From Squalus acanthias (Eukaryota), in assembly GCA_030390025.1 (NCBI GenBank), contig CM059425.1, positions 170,006,001 through 170,070,000 on the forward strand: a stretch of DNA of 64,000 bases, given 5' to 3'. Shown here piece by piece: positions 45,106 to 56,280 of the stretch (the stretch's first letter is position 1; each line of letters starts with the position of its first letter). The position numbers and the translations under genes are program-made. Below the pieces are notes generated by a model. That model had not been told where the DNA came from, made no database searches, and worked only from the letters and a program-made list of their open reading frames with translations.

Positions 45106-48012
45106 TCAAGCTATCACACTCCCTATCACTCTGGTGTGCTCCATGTGCTTATCCAATAACCGCTTGAAAGTTCCTAAAGTGTCCGACTCCACTATCACAG
45201 CAGGCAGTCCATTCCACACCCCAACCACTCTCTGAGTAAAGAATCTACCTCGGACATCCCTTCTATATCTCCCCCCATGCACCTTATAGTTATGCCCCCT
45301 TGTAACAGCTGCCTCTACCCGAGGAAATAGTCTCTGAACATCCACTCTATCTATCCCCCTCATCATCTTATAAACCTCTATTAAGTCGCCTCTCATCCTC
45401 CTCCGCTCTAAAGAGAAAAGCCCCAACTCCCTCAATCTTTCCTCATAAGACCTCCCCCCCAAACCAGGCAGCATCCTGGTAAATCTCCTTTGCACTCTTT
45501 CCAATGCTTCTACGTCCTTCCTATAGTGAGGTGACCAGAACTGCACACAATATTCCAAATGTGGTCTCACCAAGGTCCTGTACAGTTGCAGCATAACCTC
45601 ACGGTTCTTAAACTCAAACCCTCTGTTAATAAACGCTAACACACCATAGGCCTTCTTTACTGCTCTATCCACTTGAGTGGCAACCTTCAGAGATCTGTGG
45701 ATATGAACCCCCAGATCCCTCTGCTCCTCCACGTTCCTCAGAACCCTGCCGTTGACCCTGTAATCCTTATTCAAATTTGCCCTACCAAAATGAATCACCT
45801 CGCACTTATCAGGGTTAAATTCCATCTGCCATTTTTCGGCCCAGCTCTGCATCCTATCAATGTCTCTTTGCAGCCTACAACTGCCCTCCACCTCATCCAC
45901 TACTCCACCAATCTTGGTGTCATCAGCAAATTTACTGATCCACCCTTCAGTCCCCTCCTCCAAGTCATTGATAAAAATCACAAACAGCAGAGGACCCAGC
46001 ACCGACCCCTGTGGCACACCGCTGGTAACTGGTCTCCAGTCCGAAAATGTTCCATCCACCACCACCCTCTGCCTTCTATGAGATAGCCAGTTACTTATCC
46101 AATCGGCCAAATTTCCCTCTATCCCACAACTCCTTACTTTCTTCATGAGACGACCATGGGGAACCTTATCAAACGCCTTACTAAAATCCATGTATACGAC
46201 ATCAACTGCTCTACCTTCATCTACACACTTAGTTACCTCCTCAAAGAATTCAATCAAATTTGTTAGGCAAGACTTACCCTTCACGAATCCGTGTTGACTA
46301 TCCCTGATTAAGTTGCCCCTTTCCAAATGGTCATAAATCCTATCCCTCAGGACCTTTTCCATTATCTTACCAACCACCGAAGTAAGACTAACCGGCCTAT
46401 AATTACCAGGGTCATTCCTATTTCCTTTCTTGAAGAGAGGAACAACATTCGCCACTCTCCAGTCCTCTGGCACCATCCCCGTGGACAGTGAGGACCCAAA
46501 GATCAAAGCCAGAGGCTCTGCAATCTCCTCCCTTGCCTCCCAAAGAATCCTAGGATATATCCCATCTGGCCCAGGGGACTTATCGACCCTCAGGTTCTTC
46601 AAAATTGCTAAAACATCTTCCCTCAGAACATCTACCACCTCCAGCCTATCCACCTTTATCACACTCTCATCCTCAAGAACATGGCCCCTCTCCTCGGTGA
46701 ACACTGACGAAAAGTATTCATTCATCACCTTTCCTATCTCTTCTGACTCCATGCACAAGTTCCCACTACTGTCCTTGACCGGCCCTACCCTCACCCTGGT
46801 CATTCTTTTATTTCTCACATAAGAGTAAAAAGCCTTGGGGTTTTTCTTGATCCGACCCGCCAAGGACTTCTCATGCCCCCTCCTAGCTCTCCTAAGCTCT
46901 TTTTTTAGCTCATTCCTTGCTACCTTGTACCCCTCAATCGACCCAACTGAACCTTGTTTTCTCATCCTTACATACGCTTCCTTTTTCCTCTTGACTAGAC
47001 ATTCAACCTCTTTTGTGAACCATGGTTCTCTCACTCAGCCATCTCCTCCCTGCCTGACAGGGACATACCTATCAAGGACACGCAGTAATTGCTCCATGAA
47101 AAAGCTCCACTTTTCGTTTGTGCCTTTCCCTGATAGTTTCTGTTCCCATCTTATGCTCCCTAATTCTTGCCTAATCGCATCATAATTACCCCTCCCCCAA
47201 TTATAAACCCTGCCCTGCCGTATGGCCCTATCCCTCTCCATTGCAATAGTGAAAGTTACCGAATTGTGGTCACTATCTCCAAAGTGCTCTCCCACATACA
47301 AATCAAACACTTGGCCCAGTTCATTACCCAGTACCAAATCCAACGTGGCCCCACCTCTTGTCGGCCTATCCACATATTGTGTCAGGAAACCCTCCTGCAC
47401 ACACTGTGCAAAAACTATCCCATCCGAACTGTTTGACCTATAAAGGTTCCAATCAATATTTGGAAAGTTGAAGTCACCCATGACAACTACTCTGTGACCT
47501 CCACACCTATTCATAATCTGCTTTGCAATTTCTTCCTCCACATCTTTATTACTATTTGGGGGCCTGTAGAAAACTCCTAACAACGTGACCGCTCCTTTCC
47601 TATTTCTAACTTCAGCCCATATTACCTCAGACGGCAGATCCCCCTCGAACTGCCTTTCTGCCGCTGTTAAACTATCCTTGATTAACAATGCTACTCCTCC
47701 ACCTTTCTTACCAACTTCCCTACTCTTACTGAAACATCTATACCCCGGAACTTCCAACAACCATTCCTGTCCCTGTTCTAACCATGTCTCCGTAATGGCC
47801 ACCACATCGTAGTCCCAAGTACCAATCCACGCTCCAAGTTCTCCTACCTTATTCCGGATACTCCATTCATTGAAGTAGACACACTTCAAGCCATCTTCCT
47901 GTCTGCCGGTACATTCCTGCGACCTTGATACCCTCCTCAGTACCTCCCTACACTCACCACTGGCTCGTGGACTACAGCCCTTTTTCCCATCCCCCTGACA
48001 AATTAGTTTAAA
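45106..48012 (-). pseudogene. CR1 ORF2 (APE endonuclease plus reverse transcriptase) with a single in-frame TGA at 47037-47035
   Basis: VAITETW, GVFYRPP, MGDFN, SDH (endonuclease); NYRPVSLTS, GVPQGSVLGP, FADD (RT). ORFs 47035..48123 and 45106..47034 abut in frame. Confidence 0.95.
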
Positions 48013-48929
48013 CCCCCCCGAAGAGCCGTAGCAAATTTCCCTCCCAGGATATTGGTGCCCCTCTGGTTCAGGTGCAAACCGTCCTGTTTGTATAGGTCCC
48101 ACCTTCCCCAGAATGTGCTCCAATTATCCACATAACTGAACCCATCCCCCCTACACCATCCCTGCAGCCACGTGTTTATCTGCACTCTCTCCCTGTTCCT
48201 CAACTCGCTAGCACGTGGCACCGGCAACAAACCAGAAATTACAACATGGTTTGTACTGGCTCTCAGCTTCCAACCTAGCTCCCTAAATTCCTGTTTTAAA
48301 TCCCCGTCCCTTCTCCTACCTATGTCGTTGGTACCGATGTGTACCACGACTTGTGATTGTTCCCCTTCCCCTTTGAGGATTCTGAAAACACGGTCCGAGA
48401 CGTCACTGACCCTGGCACCCGGGAGGCAACATACCATCCGTGAGTCTCTTTTGCTGCCACAGAACCTCCTATCTGTCCCTCTGACTATTGAGTCCCCAAT
48501 AACTATTGCTCTCCTGCTCTCCCCCCTTCCCTTCTGAGCCACAGGGACGGACCCAGCGCCGGAGATCCGGTCACTGTGGCTTACCACTGGTAAGTCGTCC
48601 CCGTCAACAGTATTCAAAGCGGTATACCTGTTACTGAGGGGAACGACCACAGAGGATCCCTGCACTGACTGCTTCCTCCTAGCCCCTCTCACCGTCACCC
48701 ATCTATCTTCATGCTTTGGAGTAATTACATCCCTGAAGCTTCTATCTATGACCTCCTCTGCCTCCCGAATGATCCGAAGTTCATCCAGCTCCAGCTCCAG
48801 TTCCCTAACACGGTTTTCGAGGAGCTGGAGATGGGTGCACTTCCCACAGGTGTAATCAGCAGGGACACCTACGGCATCCCTCACCTCAAACATTCTGCAG
48901 GAGGAACATTTCACTGCCTCCCCTGCCAT
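48003..48929 (-). CDS. CR1 ORF1p: Zn-finger/coiled coil plus SGNH-type esterase domain, 308 aa, intact
   Basis: CSSC..CGKC; LLENRVRELELELDEL; GDS, CLPGA, HIGTND and DGLH blocks typical of esterase-bearing CR1 ORF1. Confidence 0.93.
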   Translation of the reverse strand: MAGEAVKCSSCRMFEVRDAVGVPADYTCGKCTHLQLLENRVRELELELDELRIIREAEEVIDRSFRDVITPKHEDRWVTVRGARRKQSVQGSSVVVPLSNRYTALNTVDGDDLPVVSHSDRISGAGSVPVAQKGRGESRRAIVIGDSIVRGTDRRFCGSKRDSRMVCCLPGARVSDVSDRVFRILKGEGEQSQVVVHIGTNDIGRRRDGDLKQEFRELGWKLRASTNHVVISGLLPVPRASELRNRERVQINTWLQGWCRGDGFSYVDNWSTFWGRWDLYKQDGLHLNQRGTNILGGKFATALRGGLN

Positions 48930-49712
48930 CCCCTCCAGCTAACTTGCAGATTAAACTAGAACAAAAATGAGATTTATCCGCCTTGAGTCCCATTATTTTA
49001 CTGAGTACCAATTCCTTAGTGATTTTAATCGTATTTAGCTCCTCCCCCCCTCGAGCCCCCTGTTTGTCCAGTGTTGGGATATTCTGAGGAGCCAGAGATA
49101 CTTTTCCCCAGCAACGGGAGGATGAAACCTGCTGCTGCTACAAAGAAGCGTGGTTTGAGGTGGCCCAGGAGATCAGCAGTAGGAGCATTGTGCCACACTC
49201 ATGGTTTCAGTGCAGGATTTCTCCCCCAAAGTGTCTCACTTCTCATCCGTTGCCCACCCCCCCCTCCCCCAGTCAATATCCGATATGCTGCCTCATCTCC
49301 CGATGGCTGAGTCTGCCCGAGCACAGGTGCAGGTGGAGCAGACTTTGGCGGGGCCCTCACAGGCTCCAAAGCTCAGAAGTCATCGGCCAAGAGCAGCTCA
49401 GCACAGAGCAGGGATCTGAGCAGCCTGCCTCTACCTCTGCTCAAGCCACAGGGGTTGCACCATGTAGAAGTGCGAGGAAAAGGAAGAGTAAAGCTTTGTT
49501 GTTCACTAAGGGTATATGGGTGTTTAAAAAAATGTTATGTTGTGAAGTTTCCGTTCTTTAGTAGTATCACAGAAAATTTATTATTTTGCACCAGTTTCCC
49601 GTGTTTCCCATTCTTGGTTGCTGGGTGGCAACTCGCCTTTTCAGTTGCTTGTTGATGAATGGGAAGACATGAATTGATGGGGAACAATGGGGGGATGTGC
49701 AGTGGATGCTTG

Positions 49713-50408
49713 GGGGCTGAAATTGGGTGCCTTTGCGCCTCCTGTTAGCACCCCTGGGGGTGCGCTAACGGGGAGCAAATGGTTTTGCGACTGGGTGCAG
49801 CGCGGCGCTGACATCGACTCCCGCCATATTCGACGGGAGTTTTGCGTCGGCACTACGGTGTTGTGCCCTAATCTCCTTTGCCCGGAGATCGTGACTTCAT
49901 CGGCGTGCGCATTGCCCCAATAGCGCCCCGGACCTGAAATTTACGCCACCCTTGCAGCAGCGCCGGTCAAAAACACCGACAGCTGCAGGAGGCATGCATC
50001 GGGTGGCGGCCGCTTCGAGGGCAATGATTAAAGGTGAGGTGGCCGAGGTAAATAGAAAAAAAACTTACCTTTCCTGTTCTAGTTTTTTTTACGGGTTCCT
50101 GCCCACGATTGATCAGCCCGGCTCTCTGCTTGATCGCGGCTGCCTTGGTGATCCAGGTAGGTACATTTTATATTGCAGAGCCTGCAGCGATAGCCCTTCC
50201 CAGTGTGCAGCGCTGCTGAAGTCTCTGCCCCGCTCTCCGACGTTAGCGCTCTAAGAAGAAAGTGGCGCACTTGATTTAGCGCTCCACTTCCCTCTTGGGG
50301 CGCTAAAACTCAATTTCGCAGTCGTCGGCGCTACTTAGCGCCGGGTGCTAAAGTTAGTGCCCAGGCGATGTTAGCGCCCCAAAATGGTCGATACCGAATT
50401 TTTCCCCC
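49713..50408. mobile_element. Harbinger-type MITE inserted between the two genes of the older Harbinger
   Basis: TIRs GGGGCTGAAATT / AATTTTTCCCCC and TSD TTG. Subterminal TTAGCGCC/GGCGCTAA motifs as in 37339-41556. Confidence 0.9.
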
Positions 50409-50600
50409 TTGGTTTTTTGCAGGACTGCTTTGTGTCGATGGCATTTGGGCCGGGGAGGCGGAATGGGGGGGGGGGGGTGCGGGGAAGATGTGGAAAGAGT
50501 GGCCGTTGGATGTGGTTGTTAAATTGGTCCAATGGTGGTAACTAAATGAACCTTGCAGTAATAAGGGAATCCCTGGCATCCCGGGCAGCAATGTGAGCAG

Positions 50601-51727
50601 CTAGTGATGCATTGGTGTCCTCTTCCTCCCCCTCCTCCTCTTCCTCCTCATCCTGCTCCTTGGATTTGTCCACAGATGATGTGCACTCTGTGCCTTGTTC
50701 CTCCTGCAGCTCCAATCCTCGCTGTTATGCAAAGCGCAGCACACCACGACCATTCTGGAGATCCTGCCTGGTGAGTACTGAAGGGCGCGTCCAGATCTTT
50801 CCAGGCATCTGAAGCATATCTGAAGCATGCGAATCGTCTGCTCAGTGACACATCTGGTGTTCATATGGCTTTCATTGTACCACTCTTGGGCTTCATTGGT
50901 TGGGTTTCTCACGGGTATCTTCAGCCAAGTTTGAAGTGGGTATCCTTTGTCTCCTAGCAGCCCCTTAAGTCTGCTTGCAACTCCAAAGACGTCAGGGAGC
51001 TTGGACTGCTGCAGGCTGAAAGCATCATGGCAGCTGCTGGGGAATATGGCGCACACCTGCAAAAGTCTTTTCTGGTGGTTGCACACCAGCTGCATATTGA
51101 TGGAGTAGAAGCCCTTGCGGCTTACGAATATTCCTGGTTGATCTGGGGGTGTGCAGATTGCCACGTGTGTGCAGTTGATGATGCCCTTCAACTGTGAGGA
51201 ACCAGCCAGAGAAGCAAACCTGAGCACCCGCTCATTCTGGCTGGCATCATCACAGACAAAATTGACATAATTGCTGGCCCTGGCAAACAAACCTGCATTA
51301 TGCATTTCTGGGCCGCTGACTGGGTGATCCTGCAAATGTCTCTGGCAGAGCCCTGGAAGGATGCGGAGGCAAAAAGGTTGAGTGCAGTGGTCATTTTAAC
51401 AGCTACTGGTTATGCGTGGCCACCAGGTCCAGCAGAAAGCAGGTCTTCCTGGAGGCTGCAGATGTCTTCCACCACCTGATGGAACAATTTGTGCCTCCTG
51501 AAGTACTGCCCTTCTGACAGGTCAAGGAAGCTCAGCCTCTGCCTGTACAACCTGTGTCGCAGGTAGTACCTCCTTTGAGCTCGATCTCTCTGCTGCTCCC
51601 CTCTCTGCTGCTCCCTTCCGTGCTGTCCAGCTGCAGGTCTGTCAACAGTAGGCTGCTGCTGGTGCTGCTAATGTTCATATTGCTCCTTGTCCGAGGTCTA
51701 ATCTAAGGCAGCCAAGGCACCACCTAT
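50601..51727 (-). pseudogene. Harbinger transposase pseudogene
   Basis: [48 protein letters not shown]. Frameshifted, and the first catalytic D is changed to N. Confidence 0.92.
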
Positions 51728-51875
51728 CCTGATCATATTCTGAAAATCTCCAAAGGGTAGAAAATAAACTTTCAGTACAAGTACTGTGAACAAACCCTTT
51801 CCCACTAGTAGGTAAGAAAGCAGCTGTGAGCACTGAGTGTTAATTTCAGTATTTGCCTGATTTTAATGAGCCTCT

Positions 51876-51957
51876 TCGCCATTGAAACCAAGGCAAGAAC
51901 ACTATGACCATTCTGGAGACCCTGGCTGGTGAGTTCCTGCCTTGGTTTCAATGGCGA
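51876..51957. repeat. Inverted repeat with 25-bp arms (24/25 match) and a 32-nt loop
   Basis: TCGCCATTGAAACCAAGGCAAGAAC / GTTCCTGCCTTGGTTTCAATGGCGA. Confidence 0.9.
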
Positions 51958-54900
51958 GTTTCAAGAAGCCCAGGAAACCCGTGGATGCACCGTTAAGTTT
52001 GAAACTGGGTTGAACTATGGCTTAATTGAGCAATTAGCATATTTAAATCGCCAACCCGCCTCTCCCGAGGGGGTAAACCCAGAAGTTGGTGCTTTGGAGC
52101 CGGCTTCCTGACGCGTTTACATTTTCAGCGAACTTACCCTCCACCTGCACATAAACCTGCGCACTCTTCAACATTAAAATTCACCCCATTGTCTTTGCTG
52201 ACTTTGTGAGGTCATTAAACCACATCCTGCATAGGAGAGGGTTTCTGGGGTTTAGGAAGTTGCCACTCATTACCTGTGCCACTTCCTTCCACATGATCAT
52301 GACTGCTGTATTTGCAGGTCTCTTGTCACTCATTCCCACTATTCCATCCCCCAATGTCTAATTTCAGTTAGAACATTAATATTACCACTGCCGGGATAGA
52401 GGCCATCAGCAGGTAAGTGCTGGGCCAACCTGGAGGGAGAGGAAGCTGCTACAAGGCCCTATCTCACCATAGTGGTAACTCGGGGTCTTTACTGCCATTC
52501 CCAGGACCTACTGCCACCTTCCAGCTGGCAGTCCTAGAAAGCAGCGGTAAGTGGAAGGGACATCCTGCGGGGAACCGGGCCCCACGATTCTGCTGCTATT
52601 AGCTTGCCATGGGTAGGGAGGAAGCATCCAGAGGCAGTTCTCGTGGGAGCAATGGGAGGGAAATCTCGGTTGTGGCAGTGAGGTAACAGTAGATCTCACA
52701 ACCTAAATTTTCCCTTATTCGCTCCCGCAATCTTGCCCAATTTCAGGTGAGATCATGGAGAAGAATCCTAGCCCTTATGTCTTACACGTGCATAGTGTAT
52801 GTGTGAATATGTGTCTGGTTTGAGGCTGATAGTTTTAATATTTCCTGTATATGAAACAATTTGAGATACAGTATTACACAAATAAATAGTGACATTTGAA
52901 CAATAGAGATTTTTCCACTGCAAGGACACGTTTAATTGCTATAATTTGTATTCAAGACTTACTGGTATCCAAGGCCCTTTGAGATCTGCTATAACTGTCC
53001 GTTTGTGCCTCATAATGTGATATCATTAGCAACCAAGCAGACCTTACAATAGGTTGGCACTAGTCCCATTGCTCTCCCCAGTAAAACAGTAAAGTCCATA
53101 CCAGGCACTAGATTTGTATCATCTGTAGCAGTCCAATGCACCGAAAGAAAAATCAAGTTTAAAGCATTAGTTTGGAGGGTGACAGCAGGACTTTGCTCAC
53201 AAAAGCCAAAGGTCTAGAGAATGCTATAAGGACTCCTTGCTGAACAGAGTGAGAATGTAATAATGTAGAGTCTACAGCAGAAGGATTTATTACGTGTTTA
53301 CCTAAAAAAAAAGACTTGATATCACCCTAGTAATTGATAAACAGCAATGAGGTCGTAGGAATGTTTTTTCTATCTTTTTACACATTGCTTATGTAATAGA
53401 AATCGATGTCGCTCTTACAAAGCCAATTAATTGAGTCATCTGTTATTCTTAAAAAAACTAGTACTGAGATAATTATGGAGACTAATGCAAGTTAATTCCT
53501 ATTGCAATCTATCGATCTGTCTATCAATCTTTTCATCTATTGGTCTATCTTCTAAAAGTTTTGCATCACGCATGCATCCATAAGGCAAAAAATATATGTA
53601 AGAAGTGGGAGAATGCACATAGAGCAAAAAACAATGAATGGTTCACATTTCCCAGGAATCAATCAATAAACACTTTAACACTGTCGGCACTATCTTGGAG
53701 CACCTCTCTTAATCTTCCTTTTGAATCCTTTTAACACCTATGTTGCTTCCTCATGCACTCTACAACCACAATTTATAACATAACAACTACCTCCAAAAAT
53801 TAAATCCCAAATACAGCACTAAATTTGCCCGTTCACTTACCTATACTATCATACAAATCCCTCAAGTTCCACCTATCCTCGTCTGCCTAACACACTGGTT
53901 TTTTTGCATGAACGAGGCATTAGTGGGTCAAAAATCGGGGAGGAAAGATCACCAAGTTACTGCTGTAAGCCTGCCCATTGCCATTGGTATAAACTTTACT
54001 ATTGTACTGGGGCGGGGAAGAGTAGGTAGGAGCCCTGAGCCTGCATGGTGCAAGTATGAGCAGCCTCAAGAGATCACACAACTGGAGCCACAGACTCTTG
54101 CAAGGAGGGCCCAGCTGCAGCATCCATTGAGGTGACCACATGCTCCATAGTAAACTGCAGAGTGCTGATGCCATGCAATTGAACCTGTCACAAGTTCGTG
54201 GCAGATTCCTCCACTATCTCCAACTGGTGGCTGTAGCTCCCTGGAAGCCTGTCCAACACAGCGAGCAATTCCTAGTGCGCAGAAAACATTTGTCATCAGG
54301 AGGGTGAGTGGAAACTCTGCCCACCGCCTGCCTGGTATACATCACAGATGAAAATCACTACCTATATCTTCTACTTTCCAGGCTGAAAAGCGAATAACAA
54401 TAATTGCCATTTTACATTTGAATCTATATTTTCAGTGCCAAAGCTCTGTCACATACATTTTAGTTCCAAACCTTCTGAACTTGTGAATCTTCAAGTACAA
54501 GATGATAGGTATGAAATAAAACAGATCCCCATCAGATCCACTGATGGTATCCCCACTCCCAACTCACACTGAATCCTTTCATAGACTCCATCGCACTCTC
54601 AATTTGGCTATTAAATCTCAGCACTTGCAGGCACCAATTGATACAATAACAAATGGTGGAAAAATTCCTTCGGAAGTCTTCATGGTTTTCGAGATGTTTA
54701 CACAGCCAACAATTATAATTAATGATATCTCTGTGTTCCTAACCAAAGAGGCATACTCTAAATCTGTCACAGACAAATAACTTTCTCTTCCTCTCTAGAC
54801 TGTAATCTTTCTTGCTTATCCATGCAGGAGATAGTATTGTGCTTTCAAATAATCACATATGTTATGGTTCAGTTTATCAGTGCAAAAGCTTAGTCACATT

Positions 54901-56062
54901 AATAGATTTTAGCTCTTCAACATTGTCCTATTTCAAGTAGTGTTCTACATTAAATCAGTCTCCATTTAGTCCTTCGAATGCGTGTTAATACACAGTTCAG
55001 GCCATGAAGCGACTTCAATATCCATAAAGCTAGGGCTCATAAAACAAGGTAGATTCCATAAAGCCAACTCAATATATTGTCAGAGTTAAGTCCATACCAG
55101 CTCTACATTCTGAAATAAATAGTGTAACCGTGCCTTTTTTATGTACTGTACAGTATTAGTTATAGATTGTGTAACTGACAACAATAACGGAATTTCATGA
55201 ATCTCGAACAATTCTTCTCAGTTTTTATATCTCAGTTGCTCCCCTTCTTTCCTGGAGTACAGTTCCACAGGCATCAGCAGCCCTCTGATAACTTACTGGG
55301 CCATTCTTCATCTTTTTTAGGTCAAGTTTCTGCCTTCTTTTCATTTCACATTCCATTAATTAGCAACACCTATGTGCTTGGAGCTGAAATCATTTCTTGA
55401 CTCTGAATTTAATGATGAAGTTTTAATATTGTTCTTTTACAAGACTGACAAAAATCATGGTTTCAAAATAAAGTCTGGAAAGCAGGAACTTTTTGGGTAA
55501 TCAGCACCTTACTCGGTGTTACAATTCATCTTCACGACAGGTTCACACTTCATGCTGCTGACAGCCTGCACTTGTTGACAGTCTACAATAACAACGTTTC
55601 TCGCTTGGGAATTTAATACCAAATAAAGATAGATGCAGAATAATTACTCTTATCGATATGATTGCTATATAATAGGATGTGAAGTCGAGCCTTGGAAACA
55701 TATGAGCTTATACTACATAATGTTAAAATGATTACCTCTAATGGCTTGTCACTCTACAGGCTCAAATTGTTAGCTGTGCCTCCAATCTGCTACTCAACAC
55801 AGAGTTTCAATTCTTTTTTAAGGCCAGTCATGCTGCACAAACTATTATGCTAAATAGGTTTTATATAGCAGCTGCAATTAAAGTTGTTAGGTTATTTCGT
55901 CTCTTGAGTTTCTAAATTTGAAATGGTCTTACGACAGGGCTCTGCTGCAAATTAGCCTCTGGCTGTTAGTTTTCCCTCTGAGATCTTTGAAACGTGTAAG
56001 TGTCTCAAATCAACATGTGCTTAATAGAAATGAATCCATAGAATTAGAAAAGACCAAACTAT

Positions 56063-56280
56063 TGGTGGTAGCTCAAGGGGTACATACAGCGAGGAACTGA
56101 GTTATGTAGAACAGGGAGGTCCCAGTTTCAATTTTTCATCAGTGCTGAGTTAGCTGATCAGAGCCCAGTAATTGGCTTTAGCAAATCTGGGCTACGGTAG
56201 AGGAGAAAAATCAATCAAATTTCAGACACTGATTGCTATCAGATGACTCCAGGTGGAAAGTATATATATGTGGATGACAG
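56063..56280 (+). mobile_element. Degenerate tRNA-headed SINE remnant
   Basis: A-box-like GTAGCTCAAGGGGT and B-box-like GTTTCAATT, followed by GTGCTGAGTTAGCTGATC. Confidence 0.45.

Larger units (their letters stand above)
45019..48970 (-). mobile_element. CR1-B: near full-length CR1 LINE with ORF1 and ORF2
   Basis: TSD GATTTA at 45013-45018 and 48971-48976. (ACATAGAT)n tail. Both ORFs present. Confidence 0.97.
43318..49084 (-). mobile_element. CR1-A: 5'-truncated young CR1 (43318-45018 and 48971-49084)
   Basis: Open RT ORF 43527..44972 (481 aa; GVPQGSVLGP, FADD). MGLKAD|KSPGPDG is split by CR1-B. TGAG occurs at both outer junctions. Confidence 0.95.
42985..52187 (-). mobile_element. Older decayed Harbinger element (Myb gene on +, transposase on -) hosting two CR1s and a MITE
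   Basis: Ends GCCCTGATATTA / AAAATTCACCCC with ATT on both flanks. Myb N-terminus MDSRQSKAVSCFNDTSLDALLGAVR (43244-43317) resumes at 49085 with EILFPSNGR..VAQEISSRSIVPHSWFQCR. Confidence 0.8.

Noticed and set aside
52400..54362. Two further MITE-like GC-richer patches (about 52400-52775 and 53925-54362)
   Set aside because: Only one convincing terminus each and no TSD; too decayed to delimit.
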